Positions 6,841 to 14,053 are shown, counted from the first letter of the stretch. The stretch is DNA of 14,053 nucleotides from Flammeovirgaceae bacterium (GCA_021298355.1 JAJTEH010000045.1:1-14053); one strand, 5' to 3'. Notes: generated by a model from the letters alone, not told the origin. Made by a program: numbers and translations.

Positions 6841-7938
6841 ATGCAGGTAAAAGAACTTGAACGAGTTGAAACGGGAATCTTCGGATCACTCTATCAGATG
6901 GGCCATGAACAAGTAGTTTTTTGTCATGACGAAGCTACCGGCCTTAAAGCCATCATCGGCATTCACAATACGGTGTTAGGCCCCGCGTTGGGCGGCACCC
7001 GCATGTGGCATTATACAAACGAACAAGAAGCCATTACGGATGTTTTGCGTTTATCGCGTGGGATGACTTTTAAAGCAGCCATTAGTGGTTTAAACTTAGG
7101 TGGAGGTAAAGCTGTGATTATTGGCGATGCCAGAAAATTAAAATCAGAAGCCTTCATGAGACGCTTCGGTAAATTTGTAAACAGCCTTAATGGAAAATAC
7201 ATTACTGCCGAAGATGTAAACATGAAAACACAAGACATGGAATACATTTCTATGGAAACCAAACATGTTACCGGCTTACCCGAAAGCATGGGCGGTAGTG
7301 GCGATCCATCTCCTGTAACAGCATACGGGGTTTATTTAGGTATGAAATCCACAGCTAAGAAAGTGTTTGGATCTGATTCATTGGTTGGTAAAAAAGTTGC
7401 TGTGCAAGGTGTAGGCCAGGTGGGCATGCATTTGGTTGAACATTTAGTGAAGGAGGGAGCGAAAGTAACCATCAACGATATTTCAGAAGAAAAAGTAAAA
7501 ATGTTGGTAGAGAAGTTTGGTGTAGCAACAGTTGGTGCAGAAGAAATTTTTGATTTGGATATGGACATTTACGCGCCATGTGCATTAGGTGCAACCTTAA
7601 ACGACAATACCATTCCGAGATTAAAATGTGCGATTGTAGCAGGTGCAGCCAATAACCAATTGAAAGACGAAGTAAAACACGGCTACATGTTACGCGATAA
7701 AAGCATTACTTACGCACCAGATTTTCTTATAAATGCCGGAGGTTTAATTAATGTATATAACGAGTTTTTAGGCAATTACAACCGTAAACGCGCGTTAGAA
7801 CAAGCTGAGAAAATTTATCAAACCAATTTATCGATTTTAAATTTGGCCGATGATGAAAAAATATCGAGCCAGGAAGCAGCCATACAATTGGCAGAAAAAA
7901 GAATTTTAGAAGTAGGAAGAGTAAGAATACCTCGCTAA
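6841..7938 (+). CDS. Glu/Leu/Phe/Val dehydrogenase family, leucine-dehydrogenase-like
   Basis: 365 aa. Contains GLKAIIGIHNTVLGPALGGTRMWHY and the catalytic-Lys block GLNLGGGKAVIIGD. A Rossmann motif VAVQGVGQVGMHL is present, and the length and domain order are typical of Leu/Val dehydrogenases. Confidence 0.92.
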   Translation: MQVKELERVETGIFGSLYQMGHEQVVFCHDEATGLKAIIGIHNTVLGPALGGTRMWHYTNEQEAITDVLRLSRGMTFKAAISGLNLGGGKAVIIGDARKLKSEAFMRRFGKFVNSLNGKYITAEDVNMKTQDMEYISMETKHVTGLPESMGGSGDPSPVTAYGVYLGMKSTAKKVFGSDSLVGKKVAVQGVGQVGMHLVEHLVKEGAKVTINDISEEKVKMLVEKFGVATVGAEEIFDLDMDIYAPCALGATLNDNTIPRLKCAIVAGAANNQLKDEVKHGYMLRDKSITYAPDFLINAGGLINVYNEFLGNYNRKRALEQAEKIYQTNLSILNLADDEKISSQEAAIQLAEKRILEVGRVRIPR

Positions 7939-7960
7939 ACCTTCTTTTTAAACTATCGTT

Positions 7961-8003
7961 AACGTTATTTCGGAATAAACCCCGGAATAACGTTTCTTTT
8001 TTT
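7961..8003 (+). terminator. Rho-independent terminator of the dehydrogenase gene
   Basis: aacgttatttcgg (7961-7973) pairs with ccggaataacgtt (7982-7994). This gives a 13-bp stem with one G-U pair and a loop aataaacc, followed by tcttttttt. Confidence 0.78.
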
Positions 8004-8010
8004 AATTTTG
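8003..8010 (+). promoter_or_regulatory. Candidate -7 promoter box TAATTTTG (TAnnTTTG) for nusB
   Basis: Exact consensus match 25 nt upstream of ATG 8035, immediately after the upstream terminator. Confidence 0.45.
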
Positions 8011-8034
8011 CACTATACAAGTCGTTCTTAACAC

Positions 8035-9174
8035 ATGCTTAATCGTCATAGCCTCAGAGTAAAAACCATGCAAAGCCTATTTGCCTTGCACCAATGCAAA
8101 GAAGCCAACCATGGTCTTTGCCATACCATTATCTCTCAACGATTTTCTCCAGACCTGAACTCGATGGAAGTTCAGAACAAAGAATTACTCAAAGAACAAA
8201 AACAAGTAGCCGTAAAATTTTTCGATGAATCTTTCGCAGCAGGACTCGGAAAAATTACTCACGCAGATGCTAAAATAGAAAAAGTAGTAAACGAATCGTT
8301 AGACTACTACGCCAAACAAAGTAAGAAAGACACCGAACACATGCGTAAAAATCTCGTGCAAAATGCCGAGCAGATTTACGAATACTATATTCTTGTTTTA
8401 AGCTTAGGCAGTGCCATTGCCGATGCAGCAGCAGCCGACAAAAAGTTATCGCATACCAGTTTTCTAAATAACGCCTGGGTAAAAGGCTTACAAAACAGCG
8501 AAGCACTAAAAAAAGATTCGCTTAAACTAAACCGACATTGGAACGACAAAGCAGACCGCGTACGCGTTTGGTTTAAAGATGTAATCCGCCAAGACGATGT
8601 GTACCTCGAATCACTCGATAGAAAATCTCCAACTTTAGAAGATCAGAAAAAACTGATTATTCATATTTTTAAAAAATTAGTTTTAGGACAAACCATCATC
8701 AACGATTTCTTCGAAGAAGAAGTATTGCATTGGGCAGAAGATAAAGACATCGTAAAAGGAATGGTGGAGAAGACATTGAAGAACTTTGATCCTTCTAAGC
8801 AAGACCAACTCGGTTTAATGACACTTTCTGTGGATTGGGAAGACGATAAAAACTTTATCGTTAAGCTATACGATTACGCAGCCGATTTACCTGCTAATTT
8901 CAAACAATTGATTGCTGACAATACCCGCAATTGGGAAGTAGAACGTTTGCCGTTAACCGATCGCGTAATTTTAGAAATGGCTATTGCCGAACTTATTTGT
9001 TTTCCGGGTATTCCGGTTAAAGTAACCATTAACGAATACATCGAATTAGCAAAAGGCTACAGCACACCCAAGAGTCGTCAGTTTATCAATGGTATTTTAG
9101 ATGTAATCGCCAAAGCCTTGCAAGACACAGGCGCGGTTAAAAAATCGGGAAGAGGATTGATTGATAACAAATAG
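8035..9174 (+). CDS. nusB: Transcription antitermination factor NusB, long form
   Basis: The N-terminus MLNRHSLRVKTMQSLFAL resembles NusB helix 1. The C-terminal ~80 aa are classic NusB (NWEVERLPLTDRVILEMAIAEL…PVKVTINEYIELAKGYSTPKSRQFINGILDVI). About 220 extra residues lie in between. Confidence 0.85.
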   Translation: MLNRHSLRVKTMQSLFALHQCKEANHGLCHTIISQRFSPDLNSMEVQNKELLKEQKQVAVKFFDESFAAGLGKITHADAKIEKVVNESLDYYAKQSKKDTEHMRKNLVQNAEQIYEYYILVLSLGSAIADAAAADKKLSHTSFLNNAWVKGLQNSEALKKDSLKLNRHWNDKADRVRVWFKDVIRQDDVYLESLDRKSPTLEDQKKLIIHIFKKLVLGQTIINDFFEEEVLHWAEDKDIVKGMVEKTLKNFDPSKQDQLGLMTLSVDWEDDKNFIVKLYDYAADLPANFKQLIADNTRNWEVERLPLTDRVILEMAIAELICFPGIPVKVTINEYIELAKGYSTPKSRQFINGILDVIAKALQDTGAVKKSGRGLIDNK

Positions 9175-9189
9175 TAAAGATTTTTTTAG

Positions 9190-9217
9190 TCAGCCTGAGG
9201 TTTCAATCTCAGGCTGA
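9190..9217. terminator. Bidirectional hairpin terminator between convergent nusB and the exonuclease gene
   Basis: tcagcctgag (9190-9199) and ctcaggctga (9208-9217) form a perfect 10-bp stem with an 8-nt loop. It is flanked by ttttttt (9181-9187) and ttt (9218-9220). Confidence 0.7.
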
Positions 9218-9233
9218 TTTAAATTGAAACTAC

Positions 9234-10607
9234 TTAACTGAGCTCAATTATTTCCTCCGCTTTTTTATCAGATAAATAAATATTCACCAAATTTTGGATA
9301 GTAGGTGTTTCTGCTCCTCGTTGGATGTAAGGATAGGTATCCAGTAAATTTTTAACAGCAAAATCTTCCGGTAAAAATCCATGCCCTACATATACGCCTG
9401 CGTTAACTACAACAACACTTTTTTCGCCCATGTTTCTTCCTTTACCAACAATAGCAAAAGCTTGCTGAGGAGGTTTTAACTCTTTTAGCATTTTTTGTAT
9501 ACGCTTATTGTATTTGGCAGGCGATTCTATTTCCATACACGCGCCTTTGCATTCGCCCGTTTGATGATGAAAACACAAACCCTTTGTTTGTTGCAAACCA
9601 CAAAGCTTAGGGCATAAAGAAAAAGCATTTACTTTCTCCCAAAGCAAATTCCATACATCGCCTTTGGTACTCAGTTTTACCAAAGGCCTTGATCCTTTTA
9701 ACACAATGTTTACAGAAAAACGGATGTAACCGTTTCTATCTTCGTACATGTAAATGCCCCATTCTTCTGTTTTATATTTTTGAGCCTGATTATACTTAGG
9801 CCACAGCCTTCTTATCTCTTGCGATTCTACAATAAGCGCGAGTAAATCGTTACCGGTTAATTGATAGTGGATGTGATGAATTTCATTTCTGATATTGAGT
9901 TTACTCCACTCACGCGCTTCACCGGAAAAATGCCCGGCAATTCTTTTTTTAATATTAGTTGCTTTGCCTACATAAATCACTTGCTTGCGCGCATTCAAAA
10001 AATAATAAACACCAGGTTTAGCCGGCAGTCTATCGAACTCACTTTTTTCTAAGTTCGGTGGCAAAATGGTTTCGCCACTGTTGCGTTTTAATGCTTTTAC
10101 AATAACACCTTGCTGATCGCGCCTTAACAGCGTGTCGAAAACTTTTACAGTTGCCAGCGCATCACCTTCGGCCCGATGCCGGTTATTAATCGCTATGCCA
10201 AGGCTTTCGGCTAAGTTGCCTAAACTATACGAACGCAAACCCGGAATAATTTTTCGGCTTAGGCGAACGGTACATAACTTTTTAGTCTGCCAACGAATGC
10301 CAACTTGTTCTAACTCTTTTTTTAAAAAAGAATAATCGAAATGCGCGTTGTGCGCGACAAAAATCTTGTCTTTTAACCGATTAAAAATTTCATCAGCTAC
10401 ATCAGCAAATCGAGGAGCCGTGGCTACCATCTCGTTGGTAATACCCGTTAAACCCGTGATATAAGATGGTATATTTCGCTCCGGATTAATCAACGTTCTA
10501 TACACCTCTCCTGCTTGTATGCCATCGTGCCAGGCAATGGCAATTTCTGTAATGCGATGGTTCTCCGCATAGCCACCGGTAGTTTCTATATCTACTATCG
10601 CATACAT
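9234..10607 (-). CDS. DnaQ-like DEDDh 3'-5' exonuclease fused to a GIY-YIG (UvrC N-terminal / Cho-like) nuclease
   Basis: 457 aa. Exonuclease motifs are Exo I AIVDIETTG, Exo II FVAHNAHFDYSFL and Exo III HRAEGDA. The GIY-YIG block is KPGVYYFLNARKQVIYVGKATNIKKRIAGHF…ESQEIRRLWPKYN. A Cys cluster follows: C332, C336, C345, C353, C357. No UvrC C-terminal EndoV/HhH half is present. Confidence 0.88.
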   Translation of the reverse strand: MYAIVDIETTGGYAENHRITEIAIAWHDGIQAGEVYRTLINPERNIPSYITGLTGITNEMVATAPRFADVADEIFNRLKDKIFVAHNAHFDYSFLKKELEQVGIRWQTKKLCTVRLSRKIIPGLRSYSLGNLAESLGIAINNRHRAEGDALATVKVFDTLLRRDQQGVIVKALKRNSGETILPPNLEKSEFDRLPAKPGVYYFLNARKQVIYVGKATNIKKRIAGHFSGEAREWSKLNIRNEIHHIHYQLTGNDLLALIVESQEIRRLWPKYNQAQKYKTEEWGIYMYEDRNGYIRFSVNIVLKGSRPLVKLSTKGDVWNLLWEKVNAFSLCPKLCGLQQTKGLCFHHQTGECKGACMEIESPAKYNKRIQKMLKELKPPQQAFAIVGKGRNMGEKSVVVVNAGVYVGHGFLPEDFAVKNLLDTYPYIQRGAETPTIQNLVNIYLSDKKAEEIIELS

Positions 10608-10673
10608 GTTGCTAATTTATAGCAAAACAAACGAAGCAATTGCACTTCCCGACAAAAAGTTGAACTTTACCGG

Positions 10674-11033
10674 ATGAATTCAATTATCCGATTTTTATTA
10701 ACCGGTTTAGCAGTTGTGTTAACGGCTTATCTACTGCCGGGTGTGCATGTTACAGGGTATGTAGATGCGCTTTGGGTAGCCCTGGTATTAACGTTGGTTA
10801 ATGTGTTGGTAAAACCTGTGCTGATTATTTTTACCATTCCTATCACCTTTATGACATTGGGCTTATTCTTACTCGTAATAAATGCCTTGATGATTTTGTT
10901 AACAGATTACTTTGTTGATGGGTTTGAAGTAGATGGATTTTGGTATGCCTTATTTTCTAGTCTGATATTATCTTTATTCACCAGCATGTTATTTGATATT
11001 ACCGGGGTGAATAAAAAGAAAGACCAACGGTAA
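10674..11033 (+). CDS. Small 4-TM membrane protein of the 'phage holin family 4 / DUF360 (YvlD-like)' type
   Basis: 119 aa. The sequence IRFLLTGLAVVLTAYLLPGVHV…ALVLTLVNVLVKPVLIIFTIPITFMTLGLFLLVINALMILLTDYF is the pattern I associate with PF04020-type proteins. Confidence 0.72.
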   Translation: MNSIIRFLLTGLAVVLTAYLLPGVHVTGYVDALWVALVLTLVNVLVKPVLIIFTIPITFMTLGLFLLVINALMILLTDYFVDGFEVDGFWYALFSSLILSLFTSMLFDITGVNKKKDQR

Positions 11034-11073
11034 TTTTATTCTTTGGTATCCTCATTTAATATTGTGCATTTGA

Positions 11074-11110
11074 TAAAAAAAAGTCCACGATGTACATCGT
11101 GGACTTTTTT
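11074..11110. terminator. Bidirectional rho-independent terminator between convergent genes
   Basis: The palindrome gtccacgatgtacatcgtggac spans 11083-11104, with arms of up to 11 nt. It is preceded by an A-run (11074-11082) and followed by tttttt (11105-11110). Confidence 0.82.
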
Positions 11111-11137
11111 ACATAATGATTAATTAATTAATGGCTT

Positions 11138-11527
11138 TTAATCCTCCTTCTGTTCACAGGGCTCAACAAAGCGAACTTTGTGTTGTTTGGTGCCATCGTA
11201 GTTTACAATGGCCATACACTGTACACCATTAGAATTAAAATTTTCCGGATCAATTTCTACATACGCATTTTCTTTGTTACCAGCATCAGCAGATGCATCA
11301 GTTGGTTTCACTTCGAGGTAAGCAAAAAAAACATTTTGTTCATCGCCAACATTTTCTCCTAAATGATAGAATGCAGGATCTTTAATTTGCAACACGGCTG
11401 TACCGCAAATGCTGCGTAATACGCTTACGTTTACACACGTGCCATTAGATTTGTTTATCACTTCTTGCTGGCATGTAAAGGCAAAGAGGAAAACACTTAA
11501 AAAAAGAACAGATGAGGTGGTTTTCAT
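11138..11527 (-). CDS. Hypothetical small secreted protein / lipoprotein, Cys-containing
   Basis: 129 aa. The N-terminus MKTTSSVLFLSVFLFAFTC is a signal peptide with a lipobox-like FAFTC. There are four further Cys residues. No family recognised. Confidence 0.6.
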   Translation of the reverse strand: MKTTSSVLFLSVFLFAFTCQQEVINKSNGTCVNVSVLRSICGTAVLQIKDPAFYHLGENVGDEQNVFFAYLEVKPTDASADAGNKENAYVEIDPENFNSNGVQCMAIVNYDGTKQHKVRFVEPCEQKED

Positions 11528-11598
11528 ACGAATTAATTTTTCAGTTAGACACAGGCAGTGCGTAATGGGTTGTAACCAGAAAAATTATTTTTAAATAA

Positions 11599-12345
11599 TT
11601 AAGAATTATTCCACTCGTAAATTTTATCTGCGATCTCGCTCAACAAGGCTGGATCTTTTTCTAAAGCATTGCCAATAACAATGCAATCTGCTCCGGCTTC
11701 TAACGCAGTTAATGCCTTATGTGCAGAATTAATACCGCCTCCCACCAATAACGGACATTCAATAGATTTGCGCACGCTGTTTATCATTTTAGCGGATATC
11801 GGACGCTCGGCACCACTGCCGGCATCCAGGTACATCATGCGCAAGCCTAACATTTCTCCGGCCATTGCCGTGCAGGCAGCTAACGAATATTTTTCTTCTG
11901 GTAAAGGAGTAGTGTTGCTCATATAGGCAACAGAAGTAATTTTACCGGAATTTATCAGCATGTAACCCGTTGGGATTACTTCTAACTTTGTATTTTTTAG
12001 GATTGGTGCTGCAATAACATGTTGTCCGATTAACAATTCAGGATTTCTACCTGAGATTAACGACAAAAATAAAATACCATCGGCACTAGGTTCTATTTGC
12101 ATGGTATTGCCCGGAAACAACACCACAGGAATGTTTACACTTTGCTTAATCTGTTTTACAACTTCGTGCAAATTAGTGGTGGTAATTAAACTTCCACCTA
12201 CAAAAAAATAATCGACTAAATTTTCGCTGGCTAAGTTTATTAAATGTTGCAAACGCAAACCATCTTCAACCTTATCGGGGTCGATAAGTACGGCAACTGA
12301 CTTGTGCCCTTTGGCTTTTTTTTCCTGAAACGACTTATAGATCAT
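11599..12345 (-). CDS. Geranylgeranylglyceryl phosphate synthase family (GGGPS / PcrB-like prenyl-glyceryl-phosphate synthase)
   Basis: 248 aa. Family blocks are VAVLIDPDK, YFFVGGSL, VVLFPGN, ADGILFLSLISGRNPELLIGQ, MMYLDAGSGAERPI and PLLVGGGINS…GADCIVIGNA. These indicate a TIM-barrel G1P prenyltransferase. Confidence 0.9.
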   Translation of the reverse strand: MIYKSFQEKKAKGHKSVAVLIDPDKVEDGLRLQHLINLASENLVDYFFVGGSLITTTNLHEVVKQIKQSVNIPVVLFPGNTMQIEPSADGILFLSLISGRNPELLIGQHVIAAPILKNTKLEVIPTGYMLINSGKITSVAYMSNTTPLPEEKYSLAACTAMAGEMLGLRMMYLDAGSGAERPISAKMINSVRKSIECPLLVGGGINSAHKALTALEAGADCIVIGNALEKDPALLSEIADKIYEWNNS

Positions 12346-12730
12346 CGTTAGGTTTGTTTTCTTTCTTCGCTAAATATTCGCCAACTTTTTCTTTTGCTAT
12401 TGCTAAAAGAAAAACGGCAGCCTGGCTTGCCAACACCGTTCCAATTTTTGTTATGGTTTGACTAATGGCCGATGGCTCTTCTGCTTCTACTTCGTTTTCT
12501 TCGCCTTCACCTTTTGCTTTGCTTATTTTTTTCTTCTTTCCTTTCTTATCCGAAACTAAAGTATAAATTAAATAGGTGGCTGCTAACACTCCCCCTACAA
12601 TCAATGCTGTTTTAATAATTTTTTCTGTGCGCTCCGACACAACTTTTACTTCTCCCTGCAAAGCTTCCTTTTGTTGTGCGGCTTTGCGGAGCAACTGCGT
12701 TTTAGGATCTGTTTCTTCTAATAATTCCAT
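12335..12730 (-). CDS. Hypothetical membrane protein: amphipathic N-terminus, one TM helix, Lys/Glu-rich linker, second hydrophobic helix
   Basis: 131-aa ORF. Its stop overlaps the GGGPS start by 11 nt, and its start lies 1 nt after the upstream gene's stop. Contains ALIVGGVLAATYLIYTLV and the KKGKKKKISKAKGEGEENEVEAEE linker. No family recognised. Confidence 0.6.
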   Translation of the reverse strand: MELLEETDPKTQLLRKAAQQKEALQGEVKVVSERTEKIIKTALIVGGVLAATYLIYTLVSDKKGKKKKISKAKGEGEENEVEAEEPSAISQTITKIGTVLASQAAVFLLAIAKEKVGEYLAKKENKPNDDL

Positions 12731-12731
12731 A

Positions 12732-13118
12732 TCAATCGTTGAGCTTTTCTTTTAACTTTTCTTCGAGGGCTGCACTAACAGGTTGGCGCAAGGCCAACAC
12801 AATTATCAACATTAAAAAATAAAACAAGGCTACTGCGCCAAATCCCATCATATAACCCCAAAATGTAGCTAACCACAAGGCTAATGTTATGCTGATAAAA
12901 ATGATGAACAGACTAAAGGCCATAAGCACAACTAGCATAATAGTTATGCGGGCAATGGCTTTGGCTATTTCTTCCTTCACTTCGAGTTTTACTAACTCGA
13001 GGCGCGTTTCAACGTAATCTGTTAAATTGTTTACCAGATTATCAAGGCGAAGTAATTTTAAAATGGATTCTTTCCACATATTGGCAAGATAGAAAATTTG
13101 TTCCATCTGTTGAAGCAA
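12732..13118 (-). CDS. Small 2-TM membrane protein resembling the 'holin-X / phage holin superfamily III' (PF07332-like) family
   Basis: The architecture is an amphipathic helix (LVNNLTDYVETRLELVKLEVKEEIAKAIARI) followed by two TM helices. The start is uncertain: ATGs at 13118, 13106 and 13079, and I consider MWKESIL… at 13079 plausible. Confidence 0.6.
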   Translation of the reverse strand: MLQQMEQIFYLANMWKESILKLLRLDNLVNNLTDYVETRLELVKLEVKEEIAKAIARITIMLVVLMAFSLFIIFISITLALWLATFWGYMMGFGAVALFYFLMLIIVLALRQPVSAALEEKLKEKLND

Positions 13119-13127
13119 AATAAATGC

Positions 13128-13703
13128 CTAAACGCGCGTAACCCATTTAGCAATTACACGCGGATAGTGCTCGTGTTCTAATTGCAATACTTTTCCCCCT
13201 AAAGTTTCAGGGGTATCGGTTTTATCAACTTCACATTTTACTTGTAAAAGAATTTCTCCATCATCGAAATGTTCATTTACCAGATGGATGGTTAAACCAC
13301 TTTCCTTTTCTGCAGAAGCAATAACTGCTTTGTGAACATGCATTCCATACATTCCTTTACCTCCAAATTTGGGTAAAAGAGATGGATGAATATTGATGAT
13401 TTTCTCAGAATAGGCTTTGATTAAATAATCGGGAACCAATAACAAAAATCCGGCTAACACAATATGCGAAACGCCATGGCTTTGCAAGGTTTGCAATACT
13501 GTTCTGCTAGTATAAAATTCTTCTTTATTAATGAGTATGGATTTAACACCAAACTGGTTTGCTTTTTCTAACACACCGGCATTTTCTTTATTGCATACAA
13601 CTAAGGCCACTTCTATGGCTGCATGATTGGCTAAATAATGCATGATGGCTTCTGCATTACTGCCCGAACCAGATGCGAAAATAGCTATGCGAAATGGCTT
13701 CAT
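13128..13703 (-). CDS. purN: Phosphoribosylglycinamide formyltransferase
   Basis: 191 aa. Contains IAIFASGSGSNAEAI, ENAGVLEKA, IVLAGFLLLVP and IINIHPSLLPKFGGKGMYGMHVH…ESGLTIH…FDDGEIL, classic PurN motifs including the catalytic N/H/D triad context. Confidence 0.93.
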   Translation of the reverse strand: MKPFRIAIFASGSGSNAEAIMHYLANHAAIEVALVVCNKENAGVLEKANQFGVKSILINKEEFYTSRTVLQTLQSHGVSHIVLAGFLLLVPDYLIKAYSEKIINIHPSLLPKFGGKGMYGMHVHKAVIASAEKESGLTIHLVNEHFDDGEILLQVKCEVDKTDTPETLGGKVLQLEHEHYPRVIAKWVTRV

Positions 13704-14053
13704 ACTTGTGCCGGCAAAAATAACATGCTGATGATGCCCAGTAACATAATGATTTTACTGAGGTTGCTCAACCACCTGAAATCTTTAACGGTATCCGCTC
13801 TGTGCAAACGCAAGGCAAACCAAGCCAATGGCAAAAACAAAAACGACATAAAATACACAGATGGAAGAATGGTAAAGTAACTGTCTAAGATCAGCACAAG
13901 AAGCACAAACACAACCAACACACTATATAAAAAATATTTTGTTTTTCTAATGCCCCACAAAATTGGTAAGGTTTTACATCCGAACGTAATGTCGCCTTTT
14001 AAATCTTCCATATCTTTTACAACTTCGCGCACCAACGAAATAAAGAAAGCGAA
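13700..14053 (-). CDS. UbiA-family prenyltransferase, C-terminal part (gene continues beyond the window); DGGGP-synthase-like
   Basis: The frame is open to the window edge; the TTG at 14035 is internal. The translation …FAFFISLVREVVKDMEDLKGD… contains the second Asp-rich UbiA motif in the REIxKDxEDxxGD form typical of (di)geranylgeranylglyceryl-phosphate-type enzymes, followed by 3-4 TM helices. Its stop overlaps the purN start (ATGA). Confidence 0.8.
   Translation of the reverse strand, partial: FAFFISLVREVVKDMEDLKGDITFGCKTLPILWGIRKTKYFLYSVLVVFVLLVLILDSYFTILPSVYFMSFLFLPLAWFALRLHRADTVKDFRWLSNLSKIIMLLGIISMLFLPAQV

Noticed and set aside
11121-11132. taattaattaat run (TTAA-type micro-repeat) after the bidirectional terminator
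   Set aside because: It is a very short AT-only repeat directly adjoining a stop codon. There are no flanking inverted repeats or target-site duplication to suggest a mobile-element scar.
10674-13118. Two 'phage holin family' genes as evidence of a prophage or lysis cassette
   Set aside because: No endolysin, spanin, integrase, capsid/tail genes or att-like repeats are present. Both genes sit among housekeeping genes, one of them inside a metabolic operon.
13638-13880. Plus-strand 80-aa ORF spanning the purN/UbiA junction
   Set aside because: It is antisense to two well-supported genes that overlap by ATGA. Its sequence has no recognisable features.

Overview
This window looks like a chromosomal segment from an AT-rich Bacteroidota-like genome. 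Most starts lack a Shine-Dalgarno sequence, TAnnTTTG-type -7 boxes are present, NusB is very long, and a GGGP synthase is encoded. I support 15 protein-coding genes, one truncated at the right edge, plus three clear hairpin terminators. I could not recognise any rRNA, tRNA, CRISPR array, IS element or prophage. Housekeeping genes are an MsbA/MdlB-type ABC exporter, a Leu/Val/Phe-type amino-acid dehydrogenase, NusB and PurN. Four parts are unusual. (1) An ECF sigma factor carries an anti-sigma-like HxxxCxxC motif in its own sigma2-sigma4 linker and a second Cys cluster after sigma4. No anti-sigma gene follows it; the next gene encodes a beta-barrel-like secreted protein. (2) A 787-aa signal-peptide-less protein fuses an N-terminal SUKH (SMI1/KNR4) domain to about 23 leucine-rich repeats. 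It sits in the most AT-rich stretch, downstream of a standalone TerB-like gene. (3) A DnaQ-exonuclease/GIY-YIG (Cho-like) fusion retains a UvrC-type Cys cluster. (4) A tightly packed minus-strand operon runs UbiA prenyltransferase, purN, two small membrane proteins, GGGP synthase, placing both archaeal-type ether-lipid enzymes together. My best candidates for an undescribed system are the SUKH-LRR/TerB locus and the self-contained Cys-motif ECF sigma. Neither can be proven from sequence alone, and all family assignments are motif recognition by eye, not database searches.
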